From Spirochaetia bacterium (GTDB taxonomy: Bacteria > Spirochaetota > Spirochaetia > CADAEX01): 64,000 nt of DNA. The position numbers were made by a program, and so were the translations under genes. Positions 8,060 through 18,984 of this stretch are shown in pieces. The number at the start of each line of letters is the position of its first letter. The first letter of the stretch is position 1. The notes below the pieces were generated by a model. The model saw only the letters and a list, made by a program, of their open reading frames with translations, had not been told where the DNA came from and searched no databases. The DNA is taken from NCBI GenBank assembly GCA_963662795.1, contig OY759746.1, positions 1,536,001-1,600,000 on the forward strand, given 5' to 3'.

Positions 8060-8623
8060 ATGGAAACTTTTAAATATTTCGGAAAAGGGACAGGTCTTTA
8101 CATGATGGTATCGGTTTTAATCCTGCTGTTTGCTGTCATCGCATTTGTCATTTCAAGATCATCAAAAAAGGAATACTTCTGGAGACTTATTATTCCTGTT
8201 TTTTTAATTGAAGCATCTCTCGGCTTCCTCATGGTATCACTGGGCCTCCCTGTGAAAGGGGATGAGGTAGGCCCTTCGGTAGTTCCCAACCTCTGGATTA
8301 CCGGTATAATATTATTAAGTATTTTAATCATTATCAGGACACTGTTTGGTTTAGAAGATAAAGACCCCAAATGGGGAAGAATTGGAATAGCGGGAATTTT
8401 TCTTGCGTTTACCATCTTTTACCTATACATGATAATTTATATCGGTTATTACATTGCTACATTTCTCTACTTATCAATCAGTATTTACTCACTTTCATAC
8501 AGAAACCTCAAAGTTATTGCCGGTCTTACATTCGGCTGGATTCTGGTTTCATATTTTGGCTTTTACCGGCTTCTCTATGTTCCTCTTCCCAAGGGAATGC
8601 TGATAGAACGGATATTCGGATAA
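8060..8623 (+). CDS. tctB: TTT small permease
   Basis: Hydrophobic; VGPSVVP, GYYIAT and C-terminal LYVPLPKG. Confidence 0.88.
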   Translation: METFKYFGKGTGLYMMVSVLILLFAVIAFVISRSSKKEYFWRLIIPVFLIEASLGFLMVSLGLPVKGDEVGPSVVPNLWITGIILLSILIIIRTLFGLEDKDPKWGRIGIAGIFLAFTIFYLYMIIYIGYYIATFLYLSISIYSLSYRNLKVIAGLTFGWILVSYFGFYRLLYVPLPKGMLIERIFG

Positions 8624-8636
8624 GGAGTACACTTTT

Positions 8637-10139
8637 ATGGATTTATTAATTAATCTCTACAATGGTTTCGGATATCTTGCAGGATGGGAACCTGTTGTGG
8701 CCATGATCGTCGGCGTTATTCTGGGAATTCTTGTAGGCGCCATGCCGGGGCTTTCCCCTTCAATGGGTGTTGCCCTTCTTGTTCCCTTTACCTACAAAAT
8801 GGCGCCCCAGATTGCGCTGATCCTGCTTGTTTCAATATATATTGCATCGAATTACGGCGGTTCAATTACAGCTGTTACAATAAATACCCCCGGTACGCCA
8901 TCTGCAGTTGTTACGGCATTTGACGGATATCCTCTTACGCTTCAGGGAAAAGCAGGCGTCGGGCTTGGAGTTTCTCTTGTTGCTTCAACAATCGGCGGAA
9001 TTATAGGAACAATCATTCTGATTTTCTTTTCCGTTCCGCTTGCCTCCCTTGCGGTAAAGCTTCATCCTGCTGAGTATTTCGCTCTTGCAATATTCGGGCT
9101 TACAACTGTCGCCTCCCTTGGCGGTAAAAACTGGCCCAAGGCATTTATCGCTGCTTTACTGGGGCTTCTGATAAATACAATCGGACTTGATCCCATATCA
9201 GGCGTAAAAAGGTTTACTTTCGGCACATACCGGCTTTTTGACGGGTTTGCCCTTATTCCCGCCCTTATCGGACTTTTTGCGTTAAGTGAAGTTTTTATGA
9301 GGCTTGAAGAGTTCAAGCTGGATAAGGAAAAGATGGACACAGATATTAAAAAAACTGTGTGGCCGTCAATTCTTGATTACTGGAAGCTGAAGTATACAAT
9401 CCTTAAAACTTCAATAATAGGTACGCTGATTGGAATCTTCCCCGGAGCTGGCGCTACAATTGCTACCTTTATCGCATACGATTTTACAAAGAGGGGGAGC
9501 AAGGATCCTGACAGTTTTGGAAAAGGCAATCCCGAAGGTGTTGCTGCAGCTGAGGCGTCAAATTCGAGCTCAGTCGGCGGCGCGCTTGTTCCTCTCCTTG
9601 CGCTTGGTATTCCAGGAAGCGCTACAACCGCGGTCCTTGTCGGCGCGCTTATGATTCACGACCTTAATCCCGGCCCTCTCCTTTTTACGGAACGGCCTGA
9701 CATTGTATATTCCCTTTTCGCCTCCTGTCTTGTCGCAAACGGCATTATGCTTGTTCTCGGTCTTATGGGTTCGAGACTCTGGATAAAGGTTACAGACATC
9801 CCGAAGAAAGTTCTTTTCCCAAGTATACTTGCTATTTCCATAATCGGAAGCTTTGCGGTCAATTACTCATTCTTTGATGTATCTGTATGCATAGCATTCG
9901 GAGTTGCAGGATGGCTGCTTAAAAAATATGATTATCCGGTCGCGCCGATAGTTCTGGGTATGGTACTTGGAAATCTTGCTGAAACAAATTTCAGAAGAGC
10001 GGTAATTATGGGAGGATATCCCGTATTCTTTGTAAGACCTGTCAGCGTTATACTCCTGCTTGTCTCTGCCTTATCACTGGCATATCCTTTTTATCAGAGC
10101 TACAGAAATAAGAAAAAATCTACAGCTGCCGGCAAATAA
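8637..10139 (+). CDS. tctA: TTT large permease
   Basis: GAMPGL, YGGSITAVTINTPGTPSA, FPGAGAT and GVAAAEASNSS motifs. Confidence 0.97.
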   Translation: MDLLINLYNGFGYLAGWEPVVAMIVGVILGILVGAMPGLSPSMGVALLVPFTYKMAPQIALILLVSIYIASNYGGSITAVTINTPGTPSAVVTAFDGYPLTLQGKAGVGLGVSLVASTIGGIIGTIILIFFSVPLASLAVKLHPAEYFALAIFGLTTVASLGGKNWPKAFIAALLGLLINTIGLDPISGVKRFTFGTYRLFDGFALIPALIGLFALSEVFMRLEEFKLDKEKMDTDIKKTVWPSILDYWKLKYTILKTSIIGTLIGIFPGAGATIATFIAYDFTKRGSKDPDSFGKGNPEGVAAAEASNSSSVGGALVPLLALGIPGSATTAVLVGALMIHDLNPGPLLFTERPDIVYSLFASCLVANGIMLVLGLMGSRLWIKVTDIPKKVLFPSILAISIIGSFAVNYSFFDVSVCIAFGVAGWLLKKYDYPVAPIVLGMVLGNLAETNFRRAVIMGGYPVFFVRPVSVILLLVSALSLAYPFYQSYRNKKKSTAAGK

Positions 10140-10167
10140 TCGGTTATAGTATTTAAACAATTTTCCA

Positions 10168-10201
10168 TGCCGTCCTGCAGTCACTGCGGGGCGGTTTTTT
10201 T
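10168..10201 (+). terminator. Rho-independent terminator
   Basis: gccgtcctgcag-tca-ctgcggggcggt followed by a T tract. Confidence 0.8.
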
Positions 10202-10246
10202 ATTTTTATGGAACTCTCCATGTGCAGGGTCTATAATAATTTTATT

Positions 10247-10906
10247 ATGAAAATCAGTATGAAAAAAGTTATTATACCGCTTTGTACGGCAGGTTTAGTT
10301 CTGTCAGCTTATTCCGCATGGCAGCTGTTTTCTTCTTCCGGTTTTGTATTCAGGCTTGTCATAAGATCCGGGTTTTTCGCATTGAAAATATGCGCGGGTC
10401 TTATAAAACTGCTTTTTATTAAATCACTACCCGTAATCTGGTTCCCTGTTCTTGCATATTTTGTTCTCTCCTGGTTTGTAAGGGACAGTCTGAAAAAGAA
10501 AATATTTCTTTTCGTGATTGTTTCTGTAGAGGCCGCTATACTTGTAAATATTATTCTCCCTTCGCTGACCTCTGTAATGTTTGCCCTTACCCGCTTCCCT
10601 TTTGTCTTCTGCATGACCCTTCAGTTTTACATGTTTCTTCTTTTTCTGCTTCCCAATGAACTCTGGAATTTCCTGGGAGGACTTGTCCTTTTCCTGAAAG
10701 GCTCAGCCGTTATCCTTCTTCCTGATTTTCCGACCTTTATTGATGACATCGGAATACTTTTTGCCATCTTCTTTTTTCTGTTTTTGTATATAAATACTCT
10801 CTCAGCACTTGTGAAAAGAATTGGAAACAGGGAATCCATGGAGACGGCGGAAAAAGTTTTTAAAAACCTGATTTTACGGTTAAGCAAAAAAAATGAAACA
10901 ACCTGA
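10247..10906 (+). CDS. Hypothetical membrane protein
   Basis: Multi-TM ORF with PDFPTFIDD motif; start uncertain (10208, 10247 or 10259). Confidence 0.6.
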   Translation: MKISMKKVIIPLCTAGLVLSAYSAWQLFSSSGFVFRLVIRSGFFALKICAGLIKLLFIKSLPVIWFPVLAYFVLSWFVRDSLKKKIFLFVIVSVEAAILVNIILPSLTSVMFALTRFPFVFCMTLQFYMFLLFLLPNELWNFLGGLVLFLKGSAVILLPDFPTFIDDIGILFAIFFFLFLYINTLSALVKRIGNRESMETAEKVFKNLILRLSKKNETT

Positions 10907-10969
10907 TTGGCTGTATACTGTTTAAAATGATACAGGATAGGACTTATAAGATTTAATAATTATCTTAAT

Positions 10970-11749
10970 TCAGTTTGCTATAATCAGCTTAATATTAAGA
11001 TCCTCTATCGTTTCCCTGTATTCCTGCGATATCTTATTATCAGTTATAATTGTGTCAATATTTGAAAGATCTCCAAAATGCGAAGGACTTACCATTCCGA
11101 ATTTGCTCGAATCTGCCACAACAATGACCTGCTTGCTGGACCGCATTAAAATATTTTTTATTGTTACGTGAAAGTTATGGTAGCAGGTCAATCCCAGTTT
11201 TTTTTCAATACCTGCAGCCGAAATAAAAACTTTATCTGTTCGTATTTTACTTAGAAATGAAATTCCCTCTTCCGAATAGAAAACATCTGAATCACGGTCA
11301 AGATAACCGCCTGGGAGGATTATATTGGCATTTTTCTTGTTATAAAGTTCGCATGCGCATTCAAAGGTAACACAAATGGCGCTAATTCTTTTATCCCCGG
11401 GAATATATTTTGCAATTAATGGTACTGTTGTGCCAATATCAAATCCTATCGTTTCATTTTCATTAATCATGGAAGCTGCGCAATAGCCGATGGCGCTTTT
11501 TAAATTTACATTTTTAGACATTTCATTACCGATCAGGTATTTATTGCTTTCAGTAATATTAAATGATGATATTGGTATAGCTCCGCCATGAATTCTCTTA
11601 ATCAGGCCATTATCTTCAAGATTATCCAGATATCTCCTTACAGTCATTTCGGACGTCAGAAGTTTGTCAGAGAGTGTTTTAACGCTAACTTCACCTTCTC
11701 TCTGGAGCATTTCAACAATCTGTTTCATACGTTTATCTTTTTTTGACAT
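10970..11749 (-). CDS. DeoR/GlpR family transcriptional regulator
   Basis: SEMTVRRYL, RIHGGA, FDIGTT and ADSSKFG; divergent from the sugar operon. Confidence 0.95.
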   Translation of the reverse strand: MSKKDKRMKQIVEMLQREGEVSVKTLSDKLLTSEMTVRRYLDNLEDNGLIKRIHGGAIPISSFNITESNKYLIGNEMSKNVNLKSAIGYCAASMINENETIGFDIGTTVPLIAKYIPGDKRISAICVTFECACELYNKKNANIILPGGYLDRDSDVFYSEEGISFLSKIRTDKVFISAAGIEKKLGLTCYHNFHVTIKNILMRSSKQVIVVADSSKFGMVSPSHFGDLSNIDTIITDNKISQEYRETIEDLNIKLIIAN

Positions 11750-12194
11750 TTAATCTCTCATTACTCAATTTTATTTATTATAAAGAGTAAAGTACCATTT
11801 TGCAATACAAATTGCATTAATTACAATTATTAGTGAGATAAATAACAATAAAACAATCATAAAAACAATAATAATCTGTTATAATCAGGAAAGTAATGAC
11901 AAAAAACATACTTTACCAATGCTGTATTGATAAGGACAATTAGTTAAAAACACATAATAAAGTTTATATATGTCTGTAAGTAATCTAAAAAAACAATATA
12001 AAAGCTTTAATGTGAGTATTACCCTTTAAAAAACTATTAAAATGAATTGACATGAACAAATAAACAGTATAAAGTGTTTTTGGTGTTTGCAAAAAGAACA
12101 CAATGACATGATAATGTTCTTTTTATGATGTTTCAAGCTTGTTGAATGGTTTGTGCTGCTGAAAAATAATGAATACAAGTAATTAGAGGTTAAA

Positions 12195-13682
12195 ATGAGA
12201 GAAATTACATGCGATAAAGAAAAAAATCGATATAGAATGTATATAAATGGTAACTGGCGTGAAAATCGTGATAATAAAGTCATTGAAGTAATCAATCCTT
12301 CAAATCTTGAAGTTATAGGAATAGTTGAGGAATCTGACGATGCTGATGTAAATGAAGCAGTTGAGAGTGCGGATGCTGCCTTTAAAAAATGGTCAAGAAC
12401 TTCACCCGAGGCAAGATCTGAATTGTTATTTAAGGCCTCCGGAATTATCAGGGATCGCGCGGATATACTAGCCTACCTTATGACACTGGAACAGGGAAAG
12501 CCTCTTGCTGAAGCAAGGGGAGAGGTTCTCAAGGGAGCTGAAATCCTTCATTTTTACGGGGAAGAAGCAAAACGTATCCATGGAGAAGTTATTCCCGGGT
12601 TTGATCCGGCAACAACCAGTTTTACAGTATATGAACCGGTTGGGGCCGCGGCTGCGATTTCTCCATGGAATTATCCAATTGAGCTGATTGCGTGGAAAAT
12701 CGGCGCGGCATTAGGCAGCGGTTGTACAATAGTTATAAAACCGCCCTCGGAGACTCCGCTGTCTCCCGCGGGATTTGTTGAATGTATTGCAGATGCCGGT
12801 GCACTGCCTGGAATAATTAATCTTATTTTTGGCCGGGGCAGCCGGATTGGCCCAAAGCTTATTAATAACCCGAAAATCAGAAAGGTCGCATTTACAGGTT
12901 CTACCAGGGCCGGAATTGAAGTCGCATCTTTATGCGGAAATGTCATGAAAAAGGTTTCTCTTGAGCTTGGAGGTCAGTGTCCGCTTATCGTGACAAAGAA
13001 TGCCAATCTTGATGAAGCGGCTAAAGCGGCGGCCAGGAGGAGTTTTAGAAATAATGGACAGATATGTATTGCGATAAACAGAATTTATGTTGAGAGGCCG
13101 GTTTATGACCAGTTTATTGAAAAATTTGTTAAATTGACCTCAAAACTTGTTATTGGCGACGGTATTCAAAATCCAAAGGCAGATATGGGCCCTATGGCTA
13201 CAATTGCAGGACTTAATAAAACAAAAGAACATATAAATGACGCATTATCAAAAGGAGCGAAACTTTGCTGGGGCGGGAAAAAACCCGAAGGCAAAGAATT
13301 TGAAAAAGGATTTTTCTATATGCCTACAATTCTGGCTGACGCAAACCATAATATGAGAATAATGCAGGAAGAAACATTCGGCCCCGCGGTAGGGGTCATG
13401 CCTTACGATAGCACAGATGAAGCAGTAAATCTGGCTAATGGAACAAATTATGGACTTGCTGCCTATGTGTTTACTGATAATATCAATGAGGCTGATAAAT
13501 TTGCCAGAGAACTTGAAATGGGGAATGTGGCTATAAATAATCCGGATGCCGGTGTTATAAACGCTCCATACGGCGGATTCAAGGCAAGCGGCACAGGGTA
13601 TGAACATGCCAAAGCCGGTATGATGGAATACCTTCATACAAAACATATACGGATAAAATATTCCATGCGCGGAAATAATTAG
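12195..13682 (+). CDS. NAD(P)-dependent aldehyde dehydrogenase (SSADH-like)
   Basis: SPWNYP, FTGST, LELGG, GQICIA and EETFGP. Confidence 0.93.
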   Translation: MREITCDKEKNRYRMYINGNWRENRDNKVIEVINPSNLEVIGIVEESDDADVNEAVESADAAFKKWSRTSPEARSELLFKASGIIRDRADILAYLMTLEQGKPLAEARGEVLKGAEILHFYGEEAKRIHGEVIPGFDPATTSFTVYEPVGAAAAISPWNYPIELIAWKIGAALGSGCTIVIKPPSETPLSPAGFVECIADAGALPGIINLIFGRGSRIGPKLINNPKIRKVAFTGSTRAGIEVASLCGNVMKKVSLELGGQCPLIVTKNANLDEAAKAAARRSFRNNGQICIAINRIYVERPVYDQFIEKFVKLTSKLVIGDGIQNPKADMGPMATIAGLNKTKEHINDALSKGAKLCWGGKKPEGKEFEKGFFYMPTILADANHNMRIMQEETFGPAVGVMPYDSTDEAVNLANGTNYGLAAYVFTDNINEADKFARELEMGNVAINNPDAGVINAPYGGFKASGTGYEHAKAGMMEYLHTKHIRIKYSMRGNN

Positions 13683-13696
13683 AAAAGGAGTTGTCT

Positions 13697-15244
13697 ATGG
13701 CTGAAAATCCTCTGCTTTTAGGAATTGATATTGGAACAAGCGGGTGCAAAACAATATTAATTGATGCTTCAGGAAATGTTATTGAAAAGGCTATAGAAAA
13801 TTATCCGCTTTATATCGAAAGACACGGTTGGTCTGAGCAGGACCCGGAAGACTGGTGGAAGGCAGTATTGCTGTCAATGAAAAAAGTTCTCGGAGCTTCC
13901 TCTGATTATGCAAAAAGAGTTAAGGGGATAGGTCTTACCGGCCAGATGCATGGTCTTGTTATACTAGGTAAAAAGGGAAATATACTCAGGCGAAGTATTT
14001 TGTGGAATGATCAAAGAACTGCCGAACAGTGCGAAGAAGTTTACAAAAAGGTTGGTGGATTGGATAATCTTCTTCAAATAACGAATAATCCAATGCTGCC
14101 GGGTTATACCGGGGGCAAAATTCTCTGGATCAAAAAATATGAACAGGAAATATATAATCAAATATCCGGTTTTTTAAATCCGAAGGATTATATCAGATTC
14201 AAGCTTACCGGAGTCCTGGCCACCGATGTTTCTGATGCTTCGGGTACAGGGCTTTTCAATGTAGGAAAAAGGAAATGGGCAACAGAACTTTTTTCTGCGC
14301 TTGATATTCCTTTTCAGTTTGCTCCCGAGGTTTTTGAATCTATGGAAATAACAGGGTACGCGAGTAAAAACATCTGTTCTGAATTTGGTATTCCTTTTGA
14401 TACTCCGGTAACCGCCGGCGGCGGGGATGCCGTAATTCAGACATTGGGTTCAGGCGTTATATCTGATAAGGATCTTATGACAACTATAGGAACTGCGGGA
14501 ATAATTTCAACAGCACTTGAAAAATGCCAGAATAATCCCGGAGGGAGACTTCAGATATTCTGTAATGTAATTCCTGATACCTGGCATTTAATGGGTGTTA
14601 CACTATCGGCAGGTTCTTCATTACGCTGGTTCCGTGACAGATTCTGTCAGCCTGAAAAATTTGTGGCAGAAATACTTGGAAAAGATGATTATGAAATATT
14701 GACTGAAGAGGCCTCCAATGCAGCAGCCGGATCCGGCGGATTAATTTTTCTTCCTTATCTCGGGGGAGAGCGCTGTCCGTATACGGATCCGAACCTCAAG
14801 GCTGCATTTACAGGAATAAGTTATAATACAACCAGGGCAGAGTTAATAAGAAGTGTAATGGAGGGTGTTATCTTCAGTTTGTGGGATGTTCACTCGCTTA
14901 TTAAGAAAATGGATATGGAGTTTGATCAAATAAGCACATCCGGCGGAGGATCACAATCTAAATTATGGAGACAGATACACGCGGATGTTTTTCAGAAAAA
15001 AGTGATTACAGTTAATGGAAGCCGTGAAGGGGCAGCCTATGGCGCAGCAATGGTAGCCGCAGTTGGAACAGGTGTCTGGAATTCCTTTAAACAGGGTGTT
15101 GATATGATGAAAATTGAAAATGAAGCAAAACCTGATAAAAAAATGAAAAACTTGTATCAGCACCTTTTCGGAATTTATAACAGTTTGTATGGCAGACTAA
15201 AACCAGAGTTTGATAGTTTGGCTGAATTTGAAAAATTATACTAA
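13697..15244 (+). CDS. xylB: Xylulokinase (FGGY kinase)
   Basis: GIDIGTSGCK, GQMHG, LWNDQR, DVSDASGT and PYLGGERCP. Confidence 0.85.
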   Translation: MAENPLLLGIDIGTSGCKTILIDASGNVIEKAIENYPLYIERHGWSEQDPEDWWKAVLLSMKKVLGASSDYAKRVKGIGLTGQMHGLVILGKKGNILRRSILWNDQRTAEQCEEVYKKVGGLDNLLQITNNPMLPGYTGGKILWIKKYEQEIYNQISGFLNPKDYIRFKLTGVLATDVSDASGTGLFNVGKRKWATELFSALDIPFQFAPEVFESMEITGYASKNICSEFGIPFDTPVTAGGGDAVIQTLGSGVISDKDLMTTIGTAGIISTALEKCQNNPGGRLQIFCNVIPDTWHLMGVTLSAGSSLRWFRDRFCQPEKFVAEILGKDDYEILTEEASNAAAGSGGLIFLPYLGGERCPYTDPNLKAAFTGISYNTTRAELIRSVMEGVIFSLWDVHSLIKKMDMEFDQISTSGGGSQSKLWRQIHADVFQKKVITVNGSREGAAYGAAMVAAVGTGVWNSFKQGVDMMKIENEAKPDKKMKNLYQHLFGIYNSLYGRLKPEFDSLAEFEKLY

Positions 15245-15268
15245 ATATATTTATATCAGGAGGATGCT

Positions 15269-15976
15269 TTGACTCAACAACAAATGAAAGTTCTGGTCGC
15301 CAGGACAGTCGTCGATCAATATGTACGCAGCGGTATGAAGCTTGGACTTGGAAGCGGAACAACTTCGGAATATGCTGTACGCTATATTGGACAGCTTTTA
15401 AATGAAAAAAAACTTTCAAATATTATTGGTGTTACAACAAGTACACAGACTGAATTTGTCTGTCATGAATTAGGTATTCCAATAACAACTTTAAATGATC
15501 CGTTAATAGATGGCCGGCTTGATGTAGCCATTGATGGTCCGGATGAAGTAGACAGAAGGCTTAATCTGACCAAAGGCGGCGGCGGGTGTTTGACTCAGGA
15601 AAAAATCGTTGACTATGCAGCTGATGAATTTATAATAATTGCGGATGAAACAAAGCTTGTAGATGAACTGGGGATACTATTCCCAATCCCGATAGAGGTA
15701 ATGCCGTTAGCACGGGTACCTGTTATGCATGCCCTCGAAAAAATGTCTGCAACAGTAGAAATCAGGATGGCATTGAAAAAAATGGGAGCGGTTATTACTG
15801 ATAATGGAAATATTATACTTGATATTAAATTTTCTTCTCCGTTTGATCCTGTAGAATACGAAAAAATATTTAACACAATTCCAGGCGTTATTGAAAACGG
15901 GCTCTTCGCGTTAAAAAAATCCAAAGTATTTATTGGCTATAAGAATGGAGAAGTTAAAGAGTATAACGGAAGATAA
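15269..15976 (+). CDS. rpiA: Ribose-5-phosphate isomerase A
   Basis: GLGSGTT, IDGPDEVD, KGGGG and TDNGN. Confidence 0.95.
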   Translation: MTQQQMKVLVARTVVDQYVRSGMKLGLGSGTTSEYAVRYIGQLLNEKKLSNIIGVTTSTQTEFVCHELGIPITTLNDPLIDGRLDVAIDGPDEVDRRLNLTKGGGGCLTQEKIVDYAADEFIIIADETKLVDELGILFPIPIEVMPLARVPVMHALEKMSATVEIRMALKKMGAVITDNGNIILDIKFSSPFDPVEYEKIFNTIPGVIENGLFALKKSKVFIGYKNGEVKEYNGR

Positions 15977-16362
15977 TCAGGATATTGCTCTAATATAAAC
16001 AATTAAAAAGCATAATAAATAGCATAAAATTAATATAAAACATGTAAATAGCACAATAAATAAATTTTAATGGATAGATACATTTTTAAAAATGTGCAAG
16101 TAAACATATAAACTTCTATAAAGGCTGTTATAATGATTATAAGAACTTTATAAACAGCATTATGGTGTTTATTATGATGCAAAATGTATAATTTGTTCGT
16201 ATATATTAACATATAAAGCTTGACATCTGAAACAGCAGTGTTATACTTCTTTTATCTTTATTATCATGTTCATCGTTTTTCTGAATAATCTATTTTTATT
16301 TATCTGCGATAGATATAAGCAGAAAAAATGAATTGTTTAAAAAATAACAGGAGGATTTATTA

Positions 16363-17868
16363 ATGAAACGAGTGATTCTATCATTGCTTGTGATTTTACT
16401 TATCGCAAGTGCGGGATTTGCCGGAGGAAAACCGGAAGTCAAGGCGTCTGAAGAAAAAGCCGTAGTAAAATCAACCCAGCCAATACCAGCATTGTTCAGT
16501 CTCAAAGATATTCCGGAAATAAAAAATAAAAAAACCATTACTATGGCTGTAGAGACCGGTGAAGCGTGGGATAAGGTTATTGCCTATATCAAGGATTTTT
16601 CAAAGAAAACGGGTGTTGAGGTTAACGTTGAAAGGGTTGCTTCTCCAGTTGTTTATTCCAAGGAAAATGTAGAGCTTTTAGGCGGAACCGGTTACTACGA
16701 TGTAGTTTATGTGGAAACAGCCTGGACAGTAGAATGGTCAGATTATCTATATAAACTAAAAGAACTCGCAAATACCTATGACCCGTGGGGAGCTGCGGGA
16801 TTTGAGGCAGAATTAAAGAATTTCTCACCGTCAATTCTGGTTTGCGGACAGGCTTACGGCGACCAGATGGTAATGCCGTTTTACACATATCATGTAGCCA
16901 TGTTTGTAAGACAGGATGTATTTGATAATCAGCTTGAAAAAGAAAATTTCAGGAAAAAGTACGGATACGATCTTAAACCCGCAAAAACAAACAAGGAACT
17001 AAGCGATCAGGGTGAATTTTTTACCAGGAAAAAAGGCGAAAAACTGATGGGTAAGACTCTTGATTATGATATTTACGGACTTGCCATGATGGCCGGGGCA
17101 TATCAGATCAATGATGAAATCAGCGGAAGGCTGTGGGGAAAAAACTCGGATTACGCAACTGTAGTTCGTGACGGAAGCGGAAATATCAAGGAATTTGTTA
17201 TTACAAAAGAAAACAAGAAGATGCTTGCCGAAACCCTTAAGGAATACAAGGATCAGCTTGAATACTGCTCGCCTGGATGTCTTACAGCTAATTTCGACTT
17301 TGTTGTTGCCCAGATGGGCGAAGGCAGAGCTATTATTCAGCCGCATCAGTTCTCGAGCTGTTTCGCATGGAACGCGGGAATACTGAAAAAGAATCTCCCT
17401 GAAGCAAAACTGGGTGTCTATAATGCTGTTGGAGAACAGCCTTATACCGGCGCATGGTCTGTAGGTGTTGCCAAGGCTTCAAAGAATCCGGAAGCTGCTT
17501 ACTGGCTTTTAAGATATCTTTCCTCATTTGAAACACAGATGGTTGTAATGTCTGAAGGCGGCCAGATTAGCACAAGAATGGATGTTGTTGGAGATAAAAA
17601 ATGGCAGACACCTGAAAACAGATATCCAATGGGTGAACTTGCCGATGTATTGCTTGCATCATGGAAAACCCAAGCCAAATATGTTCCCAACTACTGGTAT
17701 TTCAACACAAAAGCGGGCGGGAAAGTTTATGAAATGCAGATGAATGTATTCCACAAACCAATGAGCGGTGAAACAACTGTTGAACAGGCTGTCGCAGAGT
17801 CTGTAGCAAAGACGCTTGAACTTACTTCCAAATTTGATAAAAAAGTACCGATACGCGAAGAAAAGTAA
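16363..17868 (+). CDS. CUT1 sugar ABC transporter substrate-binding protein
   Basis: Signal peptide FAGG, 501 aa, SKNPEAAY motif; heads the ABC operon. Confidence 0.88.
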   Translation: MKRVILSLLVILLIASAGFAGGKPEVKASEEKAVVKSTQPIPALFSLKDIPEIKNKKTITMAVETGEAWDKVIAYIKDFSKKTGVEVNVERVASPVVYSKENVELLGGTGYYDVVYVETAWTVEWSDYLYKLKELANTYDPWGAAGFEAELKNFSPSILVCGQAYGDQMVMPFYTYHVAMFVRQDVFDNQLEKENFRKKYGYDLKPAKTNKELSDQGEFFTRKKGEKLMGKTLDYDIYGLAMMAGAYQINDEISGRLWGKNSDYATVVRDGSGNIKEFVITKENKKMLAETLKEYKDQLEYCSPGCLTANFDFVVAQMGEGRAIIQPHQFSSCFAWNAGILKKNLPEAKLGVYNAVGEQPYTGAWSVGVAKASKNPEAAYWLLRYLSSFETQMVVMSEGGQISTRMDVVGDKKWQTPENRYPMGELADVLLASWKTQAKYVPNYWYFNTKAGGKVYEMQMNVFHKPMSGETTVEQAVAESVAKTLELTSKFDKKVPIREEK

Positions 17869-17875
17869 ATAAAAA

Positions 17876-17902
17876 CAGGGCCGTCTTTAATGGGCGACCC
17901 TG
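17876..17902 (+). terminator. Intercistronic stem-loop after the binding protein
   Basis: cagggccgtct-ttaat-gggcgaccctg hairpin. Confidence 0.5.
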
Positions 17903-17982
17903 GCATTTATCACATAATTAAAAATAATTATTAATTTTCAAATTGCAGTAATCATTTCAGGTACTGTGATAATGACTTAAAA

Positions 17983-18948
17983 ATGAATCTAAGGACGGCG
18001 ATAATGTCAGAGGTTGAAAAAGCAGTAAAAACTTCTGCTGCAGCAAGGGCATCTTTCGGAAACAGGAAAGAATCATTCCTGGAAAAACTGACTAACGAAA
18101 AGTATTTTAAGTGGACGCTATTAATTCCGCTGATTATAGTATTGCTTATTTTTATGCTATATCCGCTTATCTACTGTATTTACTATTCTTTTCATGAATG
18201 GGGCATGGTCGGCGACCCGATTTTTATCGGGCTGGATAACTATCGCGAAATGTTTAAGGATGAGTCCTTTTTAAAAGCTCTCGGAAGAACTTTCGAAGTA
18301 ACTGTAATATGTATTGTCATGGAAATATCCATTGGCCTTGGTCTGGCGCTTCTCTGGAACAAGGATTTTAAAGGGCAGTCCATTGTAAGAGGCCTTACTT
18401 TAATTCCTCTTTTAATTGCTCCGCTGGTTCTTTCCCTGTTATGGAATTTTCTGCTTGAATATGATTTCGGGGCTCTTAATCTCCTTCTTGAATCAATTGG
18501 ATTGAAAAAAGTGTACTGGTGGTCTCCTGACGTCGCTCTTTTTACAATTTGCGGTATTACCATATGGCAGTGGTTCCCTTTCGCGACTTTTGTTCTGGTT
18601 GCAGGATTAAAAAGCCTTCCCAGGGATGTTTTTGAAGCGGCCAGAGTTGACGGCGCAAAAGGGTGGTATATATTCAGGCGGCTGACACTTCCCATGTTAA
18701 GCCCACTCATAATGATTATTATTGTGCTAAGAGTCATGTGGTTAATAAGGTTGTTTGATCCGTTATACGGGACAACACGCGGGGGAGTAAAAACCGAACT
18801 TCTTGACTGGCTCGTTTACAGGACCTCTTTTGTATATTTTGATATCGGATATGGTTCGGCAATGGCAATATTCTCGTTATTCCTGACTATTACTGTATGC
18901 GCCATAATGTTCAGGGTACTTATGAAAGTTCTGGGTGTCATAAAGTAA
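17983..18948 (+). CDS. Sugar ABC permease
   Basis: FIGLDNY and EAARVDGA loop; start may be 18004. Confidence 0.93.
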   Translation: MNLRTAIMSEVEKAVKTSAAARASFGNRKESFLEKLTNEKYFKWTLLIPLIIVLLIFMLYPLIYCIYYSFHEWGMVGDPIFIGLDNYREMFKDESFLKALGRTFEVTVICIVMEISIGLGLALLWNKDFKGQSIVRGLTLIPLLIAPLVLSLLWNFLLEYDFGALNLLLESIGLKKVYWWSPDVALFTICGITIWQWFPFATFVLVAGLKSLPRDVFEAARVDGAKGWYIFRRLTLPMLSPLIMIIIVLRVMWLIRLFDPLYGTTRGGVKTELLDWLVYRTSFVYFDIGYGSAMAIFSLFLTITVCAIMFRVLMKVLGVIK

Positions 18949-18984
18949 AAAGATTTATTGGCACAATTTATTGGAAGGTGAATA

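Noticed and set aside
11840-12000. Repeated AACAAT/AAACA words as a DeoR operator array or short-repeat locus
   Set aside because: Plausible, but irregular spacing in very AT-rich DNA does not allow a site to be defined
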